Below are positions 39,888 through 49,104 of a stretch of DNA of 64,000 nt, piece by piece; the stretch's first letter is position 1, and each line of letters begins with the position of its first letter. The notes beneath the pieces were generated by a model. The model was given only the letters and a program-made list of their open reading frames with translations. It was not told where the DNA came from and did no database searches. The position numbers and the translations under genes are program-made. Source of the DNA: Thermodesulfobacteriota bacterium (GTDB lineage Bacteria > Desulfobacterota_D > UBA1144 > Nemesobacterales > JAJCZQ01); contig OZ244044.1 of assembly GCA_965215275.1 (NCBI GenBank), positions 1,312,001 to 1,376,000 on the forward strand. The letters are read 5' to 3'.

Positions 39888-40931
39888 GTGATCAAGAAAC
39901 TATGTAATTCCATGGTCTTTATGGCGGTAACCTTTGCGGTCTTAATGGTTTTTCTCTCCTTTTTTTCCTGTATAAAGCAAACGGAAAGTCTGTTGTACGA
40001 GCGCTCTTTTTATAATATGGGTTCTAAATTCAGCTATAAGCTTTATTGTAAAAACAGATATATATGCAGTGATGCCGTGACCGAGTCTCAGAAGAGATTG
40101 AGAGATATAGACTATATTTTCAGCAACTACAGGGACGACAGCGTGCTCAGCAGGGTTAACTCCAAAGCCGGAATTAAACCGGTAAAGGTGCCGCAGGAGT
40201 TTATTGATCTGACAAGTTCGTCAGTTAAATATTCAAAGCTGACCGATGGAGCCTTTGATATTTCAGTTGGCTATTTATTTGATATCTGGAAAGCGAAGAA
40301 AGACGGTCTTCCCACTTATAAGCAGATATCAGATGCTTTACGCTGCACGGGCTACGAAAAAATAGAAATTAACAAGGCGGAAAGCACTGTTTTTTTCAAA
40401 TCCGACTGTTTAAAGCTTGACTACGGAGCTATAGGAAAGGGTTATGCAGTTGATCAGGTTGCGGAAATATTAAAAGCGTATGGGATTAAGGATTTTCTCC
40501 TGAACTTTGGAGGAAATATACTGGCCCTTGGAAACAGGAAAGACGCTAAAGGCTGGGACGTTGGTATTCAGGACCCTTTTCATAAGGATAAAGTATTAAC
40601 TGAGGTTAACGTAAGCGGGGTCGGGATAGCCACCTCTGGAGATTACGAGAAATATTTTGTGATCGGCGGGAGGAAATATTCACATATTATAGACCCTGTC
40701 GAGGGTTTCCCCGTGGAGGGTCTTTCCTCTGTCGTGGTTCTTGCCGGCTCTGCCGAAGCAGCAGACGTTTTATCAACTGCATTCAGTGTTATGGGTGTGG
40801 AAAGAACAAAGAACTATATTAAAAATAATAATGAGATAGCCGTTATTATGGTTGAAGGGGATATATCAAACAAAAATATTTACAGATCTCAGAGATTCAG
40901 GACATTGGAAAAATCCCTTAAGCTAAAATAA
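39888..40931 (+). CDS. apbE: FAD:protein FMN transferase (lipoprotein)
   Basis: Lipobox-like FFSC, MGS, GAFDISVG, LDYGAIGKGYAVD, ATSGDYE, HIIDP, ADVLSTA. Confidence 0.95.
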   Translation: MIKKLCNSMVFMAVTFAVLMVFLSFFSCIKQTESLLYERSFYNMGSKFSYKLYCKNRYICSDAVTESQKRLRDIDYIFSNYRDDSVLSRVNSKAGIKPVKVPQEFIDLTSSSVKYSKLTDGAFDISVGYLFDIWKAKKDGLPTYKQISDALRCTGYEKIEINKAESTVFFKSDCLKLDYGAIGKGYAVDQVAEILKAYGIKDFLLNFGGNILALGNRKDAKGWDVGIQDPFHKDKVLTEVNVSGVGIATSGDYEKYFVIGGRKYSHIIDPVEGFPVEGLSSVVVLAGSAEAADVLSTAFSVMGVERTKNYIKNNNEIAVIMVEGDISNKNIYRSQRFRTLEKSLKLK

Positions 40932-41033
40932 ATAGGTGGTCATGGGTCCAAAAGAATTTGGAATTTATTTTCAGGGAATATTCCCTCCATCCTGAAGACC
41001 TTTATCATTGTAAAAAAGAAAAGAAGTTCGTAC

Positions 41034-41063
41034 TTGACATTCGGTCAGTATACAAAGTAAAAT
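41034..41063 (+). promoter_or_regulatory. putative sigma70 promoter of S8 paralogue 2
   Basis: TTGACATTCGGTCAGTATACAAAGTAAAAT, one mismatch to 24521-24550. Confidence 0.6.
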
Positions 41064-41072
41064 GAAAAGGTC

Positions 41073-43585
41073 ATGAACATCCTGTTTAGAGTAATACCCC
41101 CCCCCATAAGTTATTAATCCCTTTTTTCTTTCTTCTGTGTTTTGTAAACGTTGGTGCATATGGTCAGACCAGCATTAATAACTGTGACTCCAGTGCAACG
41201 ACCGAAGCTACGTTGAGAGTTCAAGGAGCGGCACACAATGGAAGTTTAGCTGCCGGTGCTGATCCGCATTACTTTCAGACAAACATAAATGAACCTCTTA
41301 TTGTAGATATAGAGGTAAACTTCTCCTTCTCCAGTGATCAGGAATACAGTTTACAGTTGTGTGACAGCAATGATGGTCTGATAGCAAGTACTACTGAAGC
41401 ACATCCAAATGATGACAGGGTAGTAAGGACGGCCACTCTACAAACTCGCTTAAGACAGGGAACGTACTATATAGTTGTGGGAAGCAGTGGTGCTACATCC
41501 TACAATGTTAAAGCTCAATTAGCTGATTCTAATGGACTCTTACAGGCCTGTCTAGATATTACTACCAATTTTCCAAATGATCCCTTGTACGGGTGTCAGT
41601 GGTATCTGAAAGGTCCAGTGGTTGATGTGCTAATAAGTAACAATCGGATATTCCAAACCTCTGGAGAAGATATAGATATAAACATAGAAGAGGTCTGGGA
41701 TGATAGTGTATTTGGAGCTGGAATTAACGTAGCGGTGGTAGATCATGGTATGGACACAGATCATGAGGACCTTGCTGACAATGTGGATACCACACTTTCT
41801 CATGATTACTCTGGAAATGGTGATCTGTACAGTCCTTCAAGTGGTCGCGGCACACGTGTAGCTGGCATTATAGCAGCAGTGGGTGATAACAGCCTTGGAG
41901 TAAGAGGTGTAGCACCTGAGGCAAACATCTACAGTTATAATTTAGCTGATAACTTCAGTGATGCTAATGCAAAGGACGCCATGGTCCGTAATAAGGATAT
42001 AACTGCTGTATCGGTCAACAACTGGGGACCGAAGGACCTGCCGGTTCTTACAGAGGCTTCATCAGAGTGGGAAGAAGGAGTGGAAACTGGTATAAGAGAA
42101 GGGTTTGGTGGTAAAGGAGTGTTTTACGTATGGGCGGCAGGGGACGGAGGTGAAGGATCAGATCAGGCTAATTTTAATGAGTATTCCAGCTACTACGCTG
42201 TAACTACCGTATGTTCAGCAGAGATCAGTAAGATTGCAGTAGGGGAGATCTCTAATGTAGGGGAGGTTGTTAAGAGTTCTTTTTCAGAAGAGGGATACAA
42301 TCTATGGGTATGTGCACCGGGTTCTGATATTGTAACTACCGACAATAACGACGGTTATAGTTTTGAGTTCCCTGGAACGTCAAATTCAGTTGCTGTCGTT
42401 TCAGGAGTAGCAGCACTGATACGGGAGGTAAACAGCGATATTAGCTGGCGGGACCTGAAACTTATCCTGGCAGGTTCAGCCAGCCAGGCAGGCGAGGTAG
42501 CTGGTGGCCGCCTAGGCTGGAAGAGAGGAGAACTTCAATACGGTTCTGATTCAGAGTATTATTTTTACAGTCCAAAGTTTGGTTTTGGCATGGTAGATGC
42601 TGCTGCGGCAGTGGAACTTGCAGGAAGCTGGACCAACGTTCCACCGCAAATGAGACCCGTGACGGTTTCCTCTGGTAATATCAATACGGTTATCCCGGAC
42701 TTCACAACGGGAGGAAACGCGGAAGACGTTTCCGCTGTCTTCACACTGAACGTACCTGATATTGATATACCAGGTACTGAGGTCTTTACGGAATTTATAG
42801 AGATAGGTATCAATTTCACTCACCCTTTCTTTCCTTTTTTAGATATAGAAATAACCTCCCCTGACGGTACTACCGTGTCGAAACTCACTGAGGCATATCC
42901 AGCAGATGCAATATCACATTTATCTGACGGGTCTCTTACTGTAAACGACTTTAAGTACACAGGCAGAGAGCACCGTTTTGGTTTAGCCAATCACCTGGGA
43001 ACAGACCCTGCCGGAGAGTGGACTTTGAAAATAACTAATAATTCACCTGCAGGTACGGGGACCTTACACTCATGGAACATTAAGGTCTATGGTCATATGT
43101 CTGGTGATAAACCGACGTTTAACAGCTGGACGATACCAAGTAAGAATTACGTGCCGGGAACTGCAGTAAAGGAAACACTGCCTGAGGCAACAGCAGGGAA
43201 TGGAGAATTAACCTACAGCCTTTCCCCTCTTTCTTTACCTGTTGGACTTACTTTTAGTGAAACTGACCGAGTGATCAGCGGAACACCAACTGCTGTATCT
43301 TCCGGCAGTTATACATATACGGTAACGGATGAAGATGGAGATACGGACGAGCTCATCTTTACCATCAGGGTAACAACCACGCCACCAGGACCGACAGACC
43401 CACCAACAACAAGACCACCGACACGAAGACCGACACCATCAGGTAGTGATGCAGGTGGAGGAGGATGTGCGGTCTCCGAGCAGAACGAAGCTGCTTCTGA
43501 TCTGCTCACAGCATTGGCATCTCTGATGCTTATACCTGTATCCGTTGTGATAAGAAGGAAGATAAGGTCTCGGATAAAGGCTTAG
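41073..43585 (+). CDS. S8 protease homologue paralogue 2 (predicted inactive), frameshifted in a C9 tract in the signal peptide
   Basis: ATG 41073 is homologous to the paralogue 1 start; that frame stops after 14 codons, but one extra C in 41097-41105 joins it to the 41213-43585 ORF; same RGT/AGDG substitutions as paralogue 1. Confidence 0.85.
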
Positions 43586-43715
43586 TAATGCGGTCCTTTC
43601 CAAGCATTTATGAGAGAGGATTACTTCTTTTATATCAGTTATAAGTTCGTTGAGGAGAATGGATGTATTACCGTGTATTGGGCTATAGTATATAATTTCC
43701 TAAAAATTCAGTAGG

Positions 43716-44192
43716 TCATTTATATTTTTTGAACAAGTATATCACTATAATTACCATCATTACAAGCAGTGTTAGCTGCATTATGTAAAAAGAGCTCAGC
43801 TTAAGATATGCAAAGAGCGGACTCACGTACCTTATCAGCCATCCACTGATGATCTCTGTGAACGTTGAAATAAACGACAGCAGTATCAGCACCAGTTTCA
43901 TGTGTGACCTGATAGATGTAAACAGTACAAGGTGAGTAAGGGTTACCAGTAATATAGCCATTGAGAAAAAGTGAAAATGGGCTTCTTCAAGTAGACCTAT
44001 ATAACTTTTTGGAGGTCTGAAAGTCTCCTCGTTGCCTAAGTAAAATTCAACGACCGAGTTGTAGCTGAAACCGATCTGCATGTATAAAAGTATGTTCGTT
44101 ATCCACAGGAACAGGAAAAACAGTATGGTAAAGAAGATTATAATCTTGAGAAAGTCGTTCTTTCTGAGTTCGGAGGATATAAAAAATCTCAT
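43716..44192 (-). CDS. 4-TM membrane protein of the FMN-binding/porin cluster
   Basis: Hydrophobic helices with LLEEAHFHFFSM...LTHL (His residues may bind metal or heme); co-oriented with the FMN-binding gene. Confidence 0.7.
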   Translation of the reverse strand: MRFFISSELRKNDFLKIIIFFTILFFLFLWITNILLYMQIGFSYNSVVEFYLGNEETFRPPKSYIGLLEEAHFHFFSMAILLVTLTHLVLFTSIRSHMKLVLILLSFISTFTEIISGWLIRYVSPLFAYLKLSSFYIMQLTLLVMMVIIVIYLFKKYK

Positions 44193-44197
44193 GAATG

Positions 44198-44749
44198 TTA
44201 AGTATGATCACTAAATACGACTTTGTATATAGCGAGGATCTTTCTGGTATTTCTTGAAAACTCGTGAGAAGTAATGGTTGCTCCAGTAATATTGGGGATT
44301 TTTTTTCCCGTTCTCAACTCGTCATTGATACCTTTTCCGTCAAACAGGTCGAGCCATTTGGTTGAAGGCATGTATTCAGGTGGTTCAAAAAAAGCCAGGA
44401 TTTCAGCATTGATCAAATTACCGCCTTTATCGATTAAATACAGTACTGTTTCGGACCTTGTTCTTAAAATGTGCGAGTCGACCACCCCGTAGCCTAGAAC
44501 GTTTGCTTTGCTTCTGAACTCATAAAATATGTGTATTTTTGAGTCCGGAACAGTCCCGGACAGCTTCTTGATTGTCTGCACCTGTTTTTCGGTAAGAAAT
44601 ATGGTTATTTTTTCAATCGAAGTTGCTTTGGGAAATGCAGAGTTCAGCGACTGTTTTAACTGGACGAGCGTCTTGCTTTTTGCGGGTACAGTGAAGAAGA
44701 TGAAAGCCAGTATAAAAACCACCAATGTACAGTTTGTTATTTTATTCAT
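44198..44749 (-). CDS. secreted FMN-binding (flavinylated) protein
   Basis: Signal peptide; ILAFFEPPEY; ITGATITS flavinylation motif. Confidence 0.85.
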   Translation of the reverse strand: MNKITNCTLVVFILAFIFFTVPAKSKTLVQLKQSLNSAFPKATSIEKITIFLTEKQVQTIKKLSGTVPDSKIHIFYEFRSKANVLGYGVVDSHILRTRSETVLYLIDKGGNLINAEILAFFEPPEYMPSTKWLDLFDGKGINDELRTGKKIPNITGATITSHEFSRNTRKILAIYKVVFSDHT

Positions 44750-44763
44750 CTCTAATATAAGAT

Positions 44764-44801
44764 AAAGAAGGGTTCAAATAATAAGGTCTGAACCCTTCTT
44801 T
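44764..44801 (-). terminator. 13-bp stem hairpin between the porin and FMN-binding genes
   Basis: AAAGAAGGGTTCA-N12-TGAACCCTTCTTT perfect inverted repeat. Confidence 0.6.
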
Positions 44802-44834
44802 AAGAGAGGATAAGGATAAGGTCTGACAGTTTAA

Positions 44835-46271
44835 CTAAAAAACATAGCCCATACCGAAGTTAAATTGGTTGTTATCGGAATTTGCTTCATTGTTCAGCCA
44901 CTGATAATCGGCTTTTACAACCATGTTTGGTATCGGCTTATAATTTACCCCGATCGTATATTCCGTCCTGTCATTTTTAAGATTTCTTTCAAATCCTGTA
45001 GGAACGGATTTTTGAGTGTCATAGGTTTCAAATCTGAAGAATGGAGTAATATCCTTCAGGTATTTGCTCCTTGTTTCCACCTCGGTTAAAACGTTGTAGG
45101 CGATCGTTACATAGTATCCGAACTGTTCTTCTCCAACGGACGCATTGCCTTTGTATTCATTTATCATGTTTATCAGATCTGCATCATCAAGAGAGGTCCA
45201 GACGGCTAAGGTCCTGAGATGAAATCCTCTGTACTTGAAGTTGGCGTCCAGTTCGTACATCGTGAACTTTCCATTAATTTCCTCAGGTACCGGTGCGGTG
45301 TCCGTTCCGGTATTAACTGTCTGGTCCTGTCCCGTGTTACCAAAAAAAACTGAACCACCAATTGTAATACCGGGATAAGGGTCATATTCCAGTCTGCCTA
45401 CAAAGGCGACATCGTTGAAACGTGACCTGTCCCCTCTTGTACGGAGGTCACGGTTGTCCTTTGCCCTGAAACCTCGTGAATCGGTGCTGTTCATGATAAA
45501 CGCCCTGTAAGAAATGTCACCAATGGACTGCAGGTTAAATTCACCGTGAAGACCCAGTCCATTTTCTCTCCACGTGGTCGGTATTATTTTACTTTCGACC
45601 GATGGACGAAATACTCCATAAAAACCCGTTGGTTCATGGATTTCATTAATCAAACCAAAAGGCACAAGTAGCAGACCGCCGCGCACGTTAAAGTAGTCGT
45701 TTATCAAAAAGTCGAGATATGCGAACTCGACCGAGGCTGAACCATCTCCCGGTTCGGGACTGGCTGAATTTCCACCTGTTGAACCGTGTTCAAATTCTAT
45801 CTCTGAGTTGAAAAAGATGTTCTCGGTAAACTTATACCCAGCGTATAATATAACCCTTTGTGCGTCGACAACATTGTCTCCCTCATCAGGTATTTTACTG
45901 ACGACCAACTCTCCATAGCCCCCGATCGACAGACCCTTCCCAGGCTTCAGATATATTTTAGATGCTCCCGGAGCACCACCAAAAACTTCTTTTAATTCAA
46001 TGTCAACGCTGCCACCGGCAGTTTCAGCTTTTACTTTTTTAAACTCTTCCGCCAATATAGATAGATTACGTTCGATCTCACCTAATCTATTATTTTCGGA
46101 CATATTTTTTACTTGCCGAAGTTCCCGCTTTACCTTCTTTAACTGGTACTCCAAGTTTTTTATTCTTTTTTCGCTGTTTCCTGCAAATGCGGGACTTGTA
46201 TCTACAAGCAGAAATGATAAAAGAATAAGTAAACTAAACAACTTAAAAAATTTAGTGTATCTAAAAAACAT
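44835..46271 (-). CDS. outer-membrane porin-like beta-barrel with N-terminal coiled coil
   Basis: Signal peptide, coiled coil, SIGGYGE, FNSEIEFEH, VEFAYLD, HEPT.F..V.RP, IIPTTWRE, C-terminal GYVF. Confidence 0.85.
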   Translation of the reverse strand: MFFRYTKFFKLFSLLILLSFLLVDTSPAFAGNSEKRIKNLEYQLKKVKRELRQVKNMSENNRLGEIERNLSILAEEFKKVKAETAGGSVDIELKEVFGGAPGASKIYLKPGKGLSIGGYGELVVSKIPDEGDNVVDAQRVILYAGYKFTENIFFNSEIEFEHGSTGGNSASPEPGDGSASVEFAYLDFLINDYFNVRGGLLLVPFGLINEIHEPTGFYGVFRPSVESKIIPTTWRENGLGLHGEFNLQSIGDISYRAFIMNSTDSRGFRAKDNRDLRTRGDRSRFNDVAFVGRLEYDPYPGITIGGSVFFGNTGQDQTVNTGTDTAPVPEEINGKFTMYELDANFKYRGFHLRTLAVWTSLDDADLINMINEYKGNASVGEEQFGYYVTIAYNVLTEVETRSKYLKDITPFFRFETYDTQKSVPTGFERNLKNDRTEYTIGVNYKPIPNMVVKADYQWLNNEANSDNNQFNFGMGYVF

Positions 46272-46303
46272 TTTTAACCTCCAGTAACTTGATTTTTACT
46301 TAT

Positions 46304-46326
46304 ATCTGGATAATATGCATCCAGAT
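46304..46326. promoter_or_regulatory. inverted repeat, possible operator upstream of the porin
   Basis: ATCTGGAT-N7-ATCCAGAT, 32 bp upstream of the porin start. Confidence 0.4.
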
Positions 46327-46607
46327 TTATGTGCACGGAAATTAACTTTACTAATATAGACCTATAATATCAAGAATTATTTTTATAAAATTAAAAAAAA
46401 TAAAAATGGTTCGAGATCAATAAAAAAGAAGTACAGAGATTATCAGAAGTTCTTATGGTTTTTATAGTTCAAGTTTGTATCTGAAGTCCTGAAAAATATA
46501 GGGGAATAATGTATGGTCTCGTTTATCATAAAGCATCTGACACAATATTATACGAGCATTATCTGAAACTAGTTTGTAAGTTTATTTAGTTTTTAAGTTA
46601 GAAATTT

Positions 46608-47705
46608 ATGAATAAATTTGAAATAGATTATAATAGAATGACAGCGTTTAATCCTGTTGAAACAGATAAAACGGGAGATGGCGATGTTGCAGATATTAAG
46701 ACAACTCCTGATTCTGTTAAGAAATACGAAACAAAAGAAGCTGACGTTTATATCCCTCCCGTTAAGAAGAATAAAGCAAGCAAGGTTGACAGACCTGTTA
46801 AAAGCCAACCAGAAATAGCATTAGATGTTCCTTCTGATGTTTTGGTAGGACAAGCAATTACTTTAGTGCCTGACGATGATTCACTGTCTGTTACTAATGA
46901 CAAATTTGATCTTCCATCTGTAATGGTATTTGGAGTTGTTTTATTATTTGTATTTTTAATATGGTATTTAATTAAAAGTAAATCGGAACATAGTAAATTA
47001 GGTAAGGAAGCAGCTTATTCTGAATCTTATGATTCAAGATATTCTTCCTTCCCTGAAACAAAGCCTGAGCCTAAACGAGACATAATAGACAATGTAAGAG
47101 AAAGACCTACATATGATTTTCAGGATCAGATAAAAATTGAATCATGTCCTATAAGGGAGAAAGGTAAACAAGGAGAACTTAAAACTAAGAGTCTAATTAC
47201 TTCAACTTTACCTGAAGAAAAATATTACTTAATTAATGATGTTACATTTCCAAGAACTTTAGGTACTACTCAAATTGATCATATTTTAGTAAGTCCTTAT
47301 GGTGTGTTTGTTATCGAAACTAAAAACATGTCTGGTTGGATATTTGGTAAAGAAGAAGATAGGAAGTGGACACAGACTTTTAAAAACAAAAAAAGATATT
47401 CTTTCAACAATCCTTTAAGACAAGTGAATTATCATGCCAATTCAGTGGCGTCTTTAATAAACATATATCGTGATAAGATATTTCCTATAGTAGTATTTGC
47501 TGGAGAATCAGAGTTTAAAACTGATATACCTGATAATGTAAAACATACTTATGATTTTATTAGTTACATAAGATCAAAACAATCTATAATTTTAAGTGAG
47601 CGTGATATCAAAAGGATTATAAAAGAAATAGATGAGTTAAGATTACCTTTAGGTATAGAAACGGACATTAAACATATAAAATATGTAAAAGAAATACACT
47701 ACTGA
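46608..47705 (+). CDS. membrane-anchored NERD-domain protein
   Basis: One TM helix; KGKQGE, NDVTF, TTQIDHILVSPYGVFVIETKNMSGWIFG, WTQ, NPLRQ. Confidence 0.9.
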   Translation: MNKFEIDYNRMTAFNPVETDKTGDGDVADIKTTPDSVKKYETKEADVYIPPVKKNKASKVDRPVKSQPEIALDVPSDVLVGQAITLVPDDDSLSVTNDKFDLPSVMVFGVVLLFVFLIWYLIKSKSEHSKLGKEAAYSESYDSRYSSFPETKPEPKRDIIDNVRERPTYDFQDQIKIESCPIREKGKQGELKTKSLITSTLPEEKYYLINDVTFPRTLGTTQIDHILVSPYGVFVIETKNMSGWIFGKEEDRKWTQTFKNKKRYSFNNPLRQVNYHANSVASLINIYRDKIFPIVVFAGESEFKTDIPDNVKHTYDFISYIRSKQSIILSERDIKRIIKEIDELRLPLGIETDIKHIKYVKEIHY

Positions 47706-48637
47706 CTTAAAAACTCAACCGAGTCGGGCAAGGGAAAACTTGTGTATTCCTCTTTGGTCTGTAGTTCTTCGATCTTTTTAGCTCCAAATTCTTTAAGTTT
47801 GTCTATTACTTCACTGACTACGAACTCCGGAGTTGAGGCTCCTGAACTTAGACCGACTATGGAATGACCGGAGAGCATTTTTTCCTCAATACTGTCAGAA
47901 CCTTCGATCAGATAAGAATTTGGCACTCCATGGGATTTAGCAACTTCGACCAGTCTGTTTGAATTGGAACTTTCAGGTGATCCCATTATAAGAATTACTT
48001 CTGCCTGTTTTGCAAGTTCCTTTACGGCATCCTGTCTGTTTTGTGTTGCGTAGCATATATCCAGTTTGGAAGGACTAACGATGGAAGGGAATCTTTTCTT
48101 CAGTGCTTTGACCATCTCCTTTGTATCGTCAACGCTCAGGGTCGTCTGCGTTACATAGGCGACCTTATCGGGATTTTCAATTTCAAGGTTTTGAACTTCT
48201 TTGACCGTTTCCACGACCACGACCCTGTCTGGAGCTTCACCACTTGTGCCTATGACCTCCACGTGGTTCCTGTGACCTATCAGTACTATTGTATAACCCA
48301 TATCGGCGTAGCTTCTAACCTCATTATGAACCTTCGTAACAAGAGGACAAACGGCATCCACGACCCGGAGCCCTCTAATCTTGGATTCTTCAAATACGGC
48401 TGGACTGACGCCATGTGCACTGAAAATAACACGAGCATTTTCATCTTCTATCTCGTCTATTTTCTCTACGAAAACCACCCCTTTGTCCTTTAGCGAATCA
48501 ACGACCCTCTTGTTATGTACTATGGCGTGCCTTACGTAGATCGGCGGACCGTACTGCTCCAGTGCCTTTTCCACTATATCTATTGCTCTGTCAACTCCGG
48601 CACAAAAACCCCTAGGTTTGGCTATTATTACCCTCAT
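47699..48637 (-). CDS. ispH: 4-hydroxy-3-methylbut-2-enyl diphosphate reductase
   Basis: PRGFCAGVDRAI, IVHN, SAHG, DAVCPLV, QTTLS, ICYATQNRQ, SSNS; start ATG 48637 after GGAG. Confidence 0.98.
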   Translation of the reverse strand: MRVIIAKPRGFCAGVDRAIDIVEKALEQYGPPIYVRHAIVHNKRVVDSLKDKGVVFVEKIDEIEDENARVIFSAHGVSPAVFEESKIRGLRVVDAVCPLVTKVHNEVRSYADMGYTIVLIGHRNHVEVIGTSGEAPDRVVVVETVKEVQNLEIENPDKVAYVTQTTLSVDDTKEMVKALKKRFPSIVSPSKLDICYATQNRQDAVKELAKQAEVILIMGSPESSNSNRLVEVAKSHGVPNSYLIEGSDSIEEKMLSGHSIVGLSSGASTPEFVVSEVIDKLKEFGAKKIEELQTKEEYTSFPLPDSVEFLSQ

Positions 48638-48690
48638 GTATTCTCCATTGAGGGATTGTAACAAAAAGCGAACTAACTTCAAGTAACCTT

Positions 48691-48812
48691 AAAATTGGGA
48701 GCTGCATACATAACTTTAGGACATGAGAAAATTTTTTGTGACGTTCAGTCAGGATAAAGGTATTAATACCAAGTTAATTCAAGGTGTTACTTCCTCAATC
48801 CCGTAGAAGACA
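48691..48812 (+). repeat. inverted repeat arm A (about 120 bp, non-coding)
   Basis: Aligns by eye with the reverse complement of 51451-51575 (shared blocks GGGAG, CATACATAAC, GACGTTCAG, GTATTAATACC, TTACTTCC, CGTAGAA). Confidence 0.8.
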
Positions 48813-48921
48813 TGATACTCCTGACCTGAGGAACGGAATTTTATTTCAGGGGGAGAGTGAGTAGATAAAATCCCCTATGACTTTCCTGCTGTATCAGGTT
48901 ATGTTGTAATCCCTGTACCGA

Positions 48922-49026
48922 TGTTTTGGTTTCAAGGTAGTTTTCAGTTTCCTCTTTTCCAGTACCGCTTTGTTTAAACTCTCCGTATGAGGTCTTAGGA
49001 ATAATCCACCGTAAGTGTTTACCCGT
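48922..49026 (-). pseudogene. possible aldehyde dehydrogenase C-terminal remnant
   Basis: Minus strand reads RVNTYGGLF, a frameshift, then YGEFKQSGTGKE...NYLETKT, resembling the ALDH C-terminal W.NTY...PFGG.KQSG.GRE...Y.ETK pattern. Confidence 0.5.
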
Positions 49027-49104
49027 AAATACTCAGCTTTTAAAAGAAAACCAGGCTATGACACGTTTTTTTAGTTCGTTCAAAACCTTGAAGAAACCGC
49101 ATTG

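Noticed and set aside
24561..43585. Diversity-generating retroelement as the cause of S8 paralogue variation
   Set aside because: No reverse transcriptase in the window, and the differences are indels and block replacements rather than adenine-specific substitutions
46365..46390. Fur box upstream of the porin
   Set aside because: Only a weak match to the consensus within very AT-rich sequence
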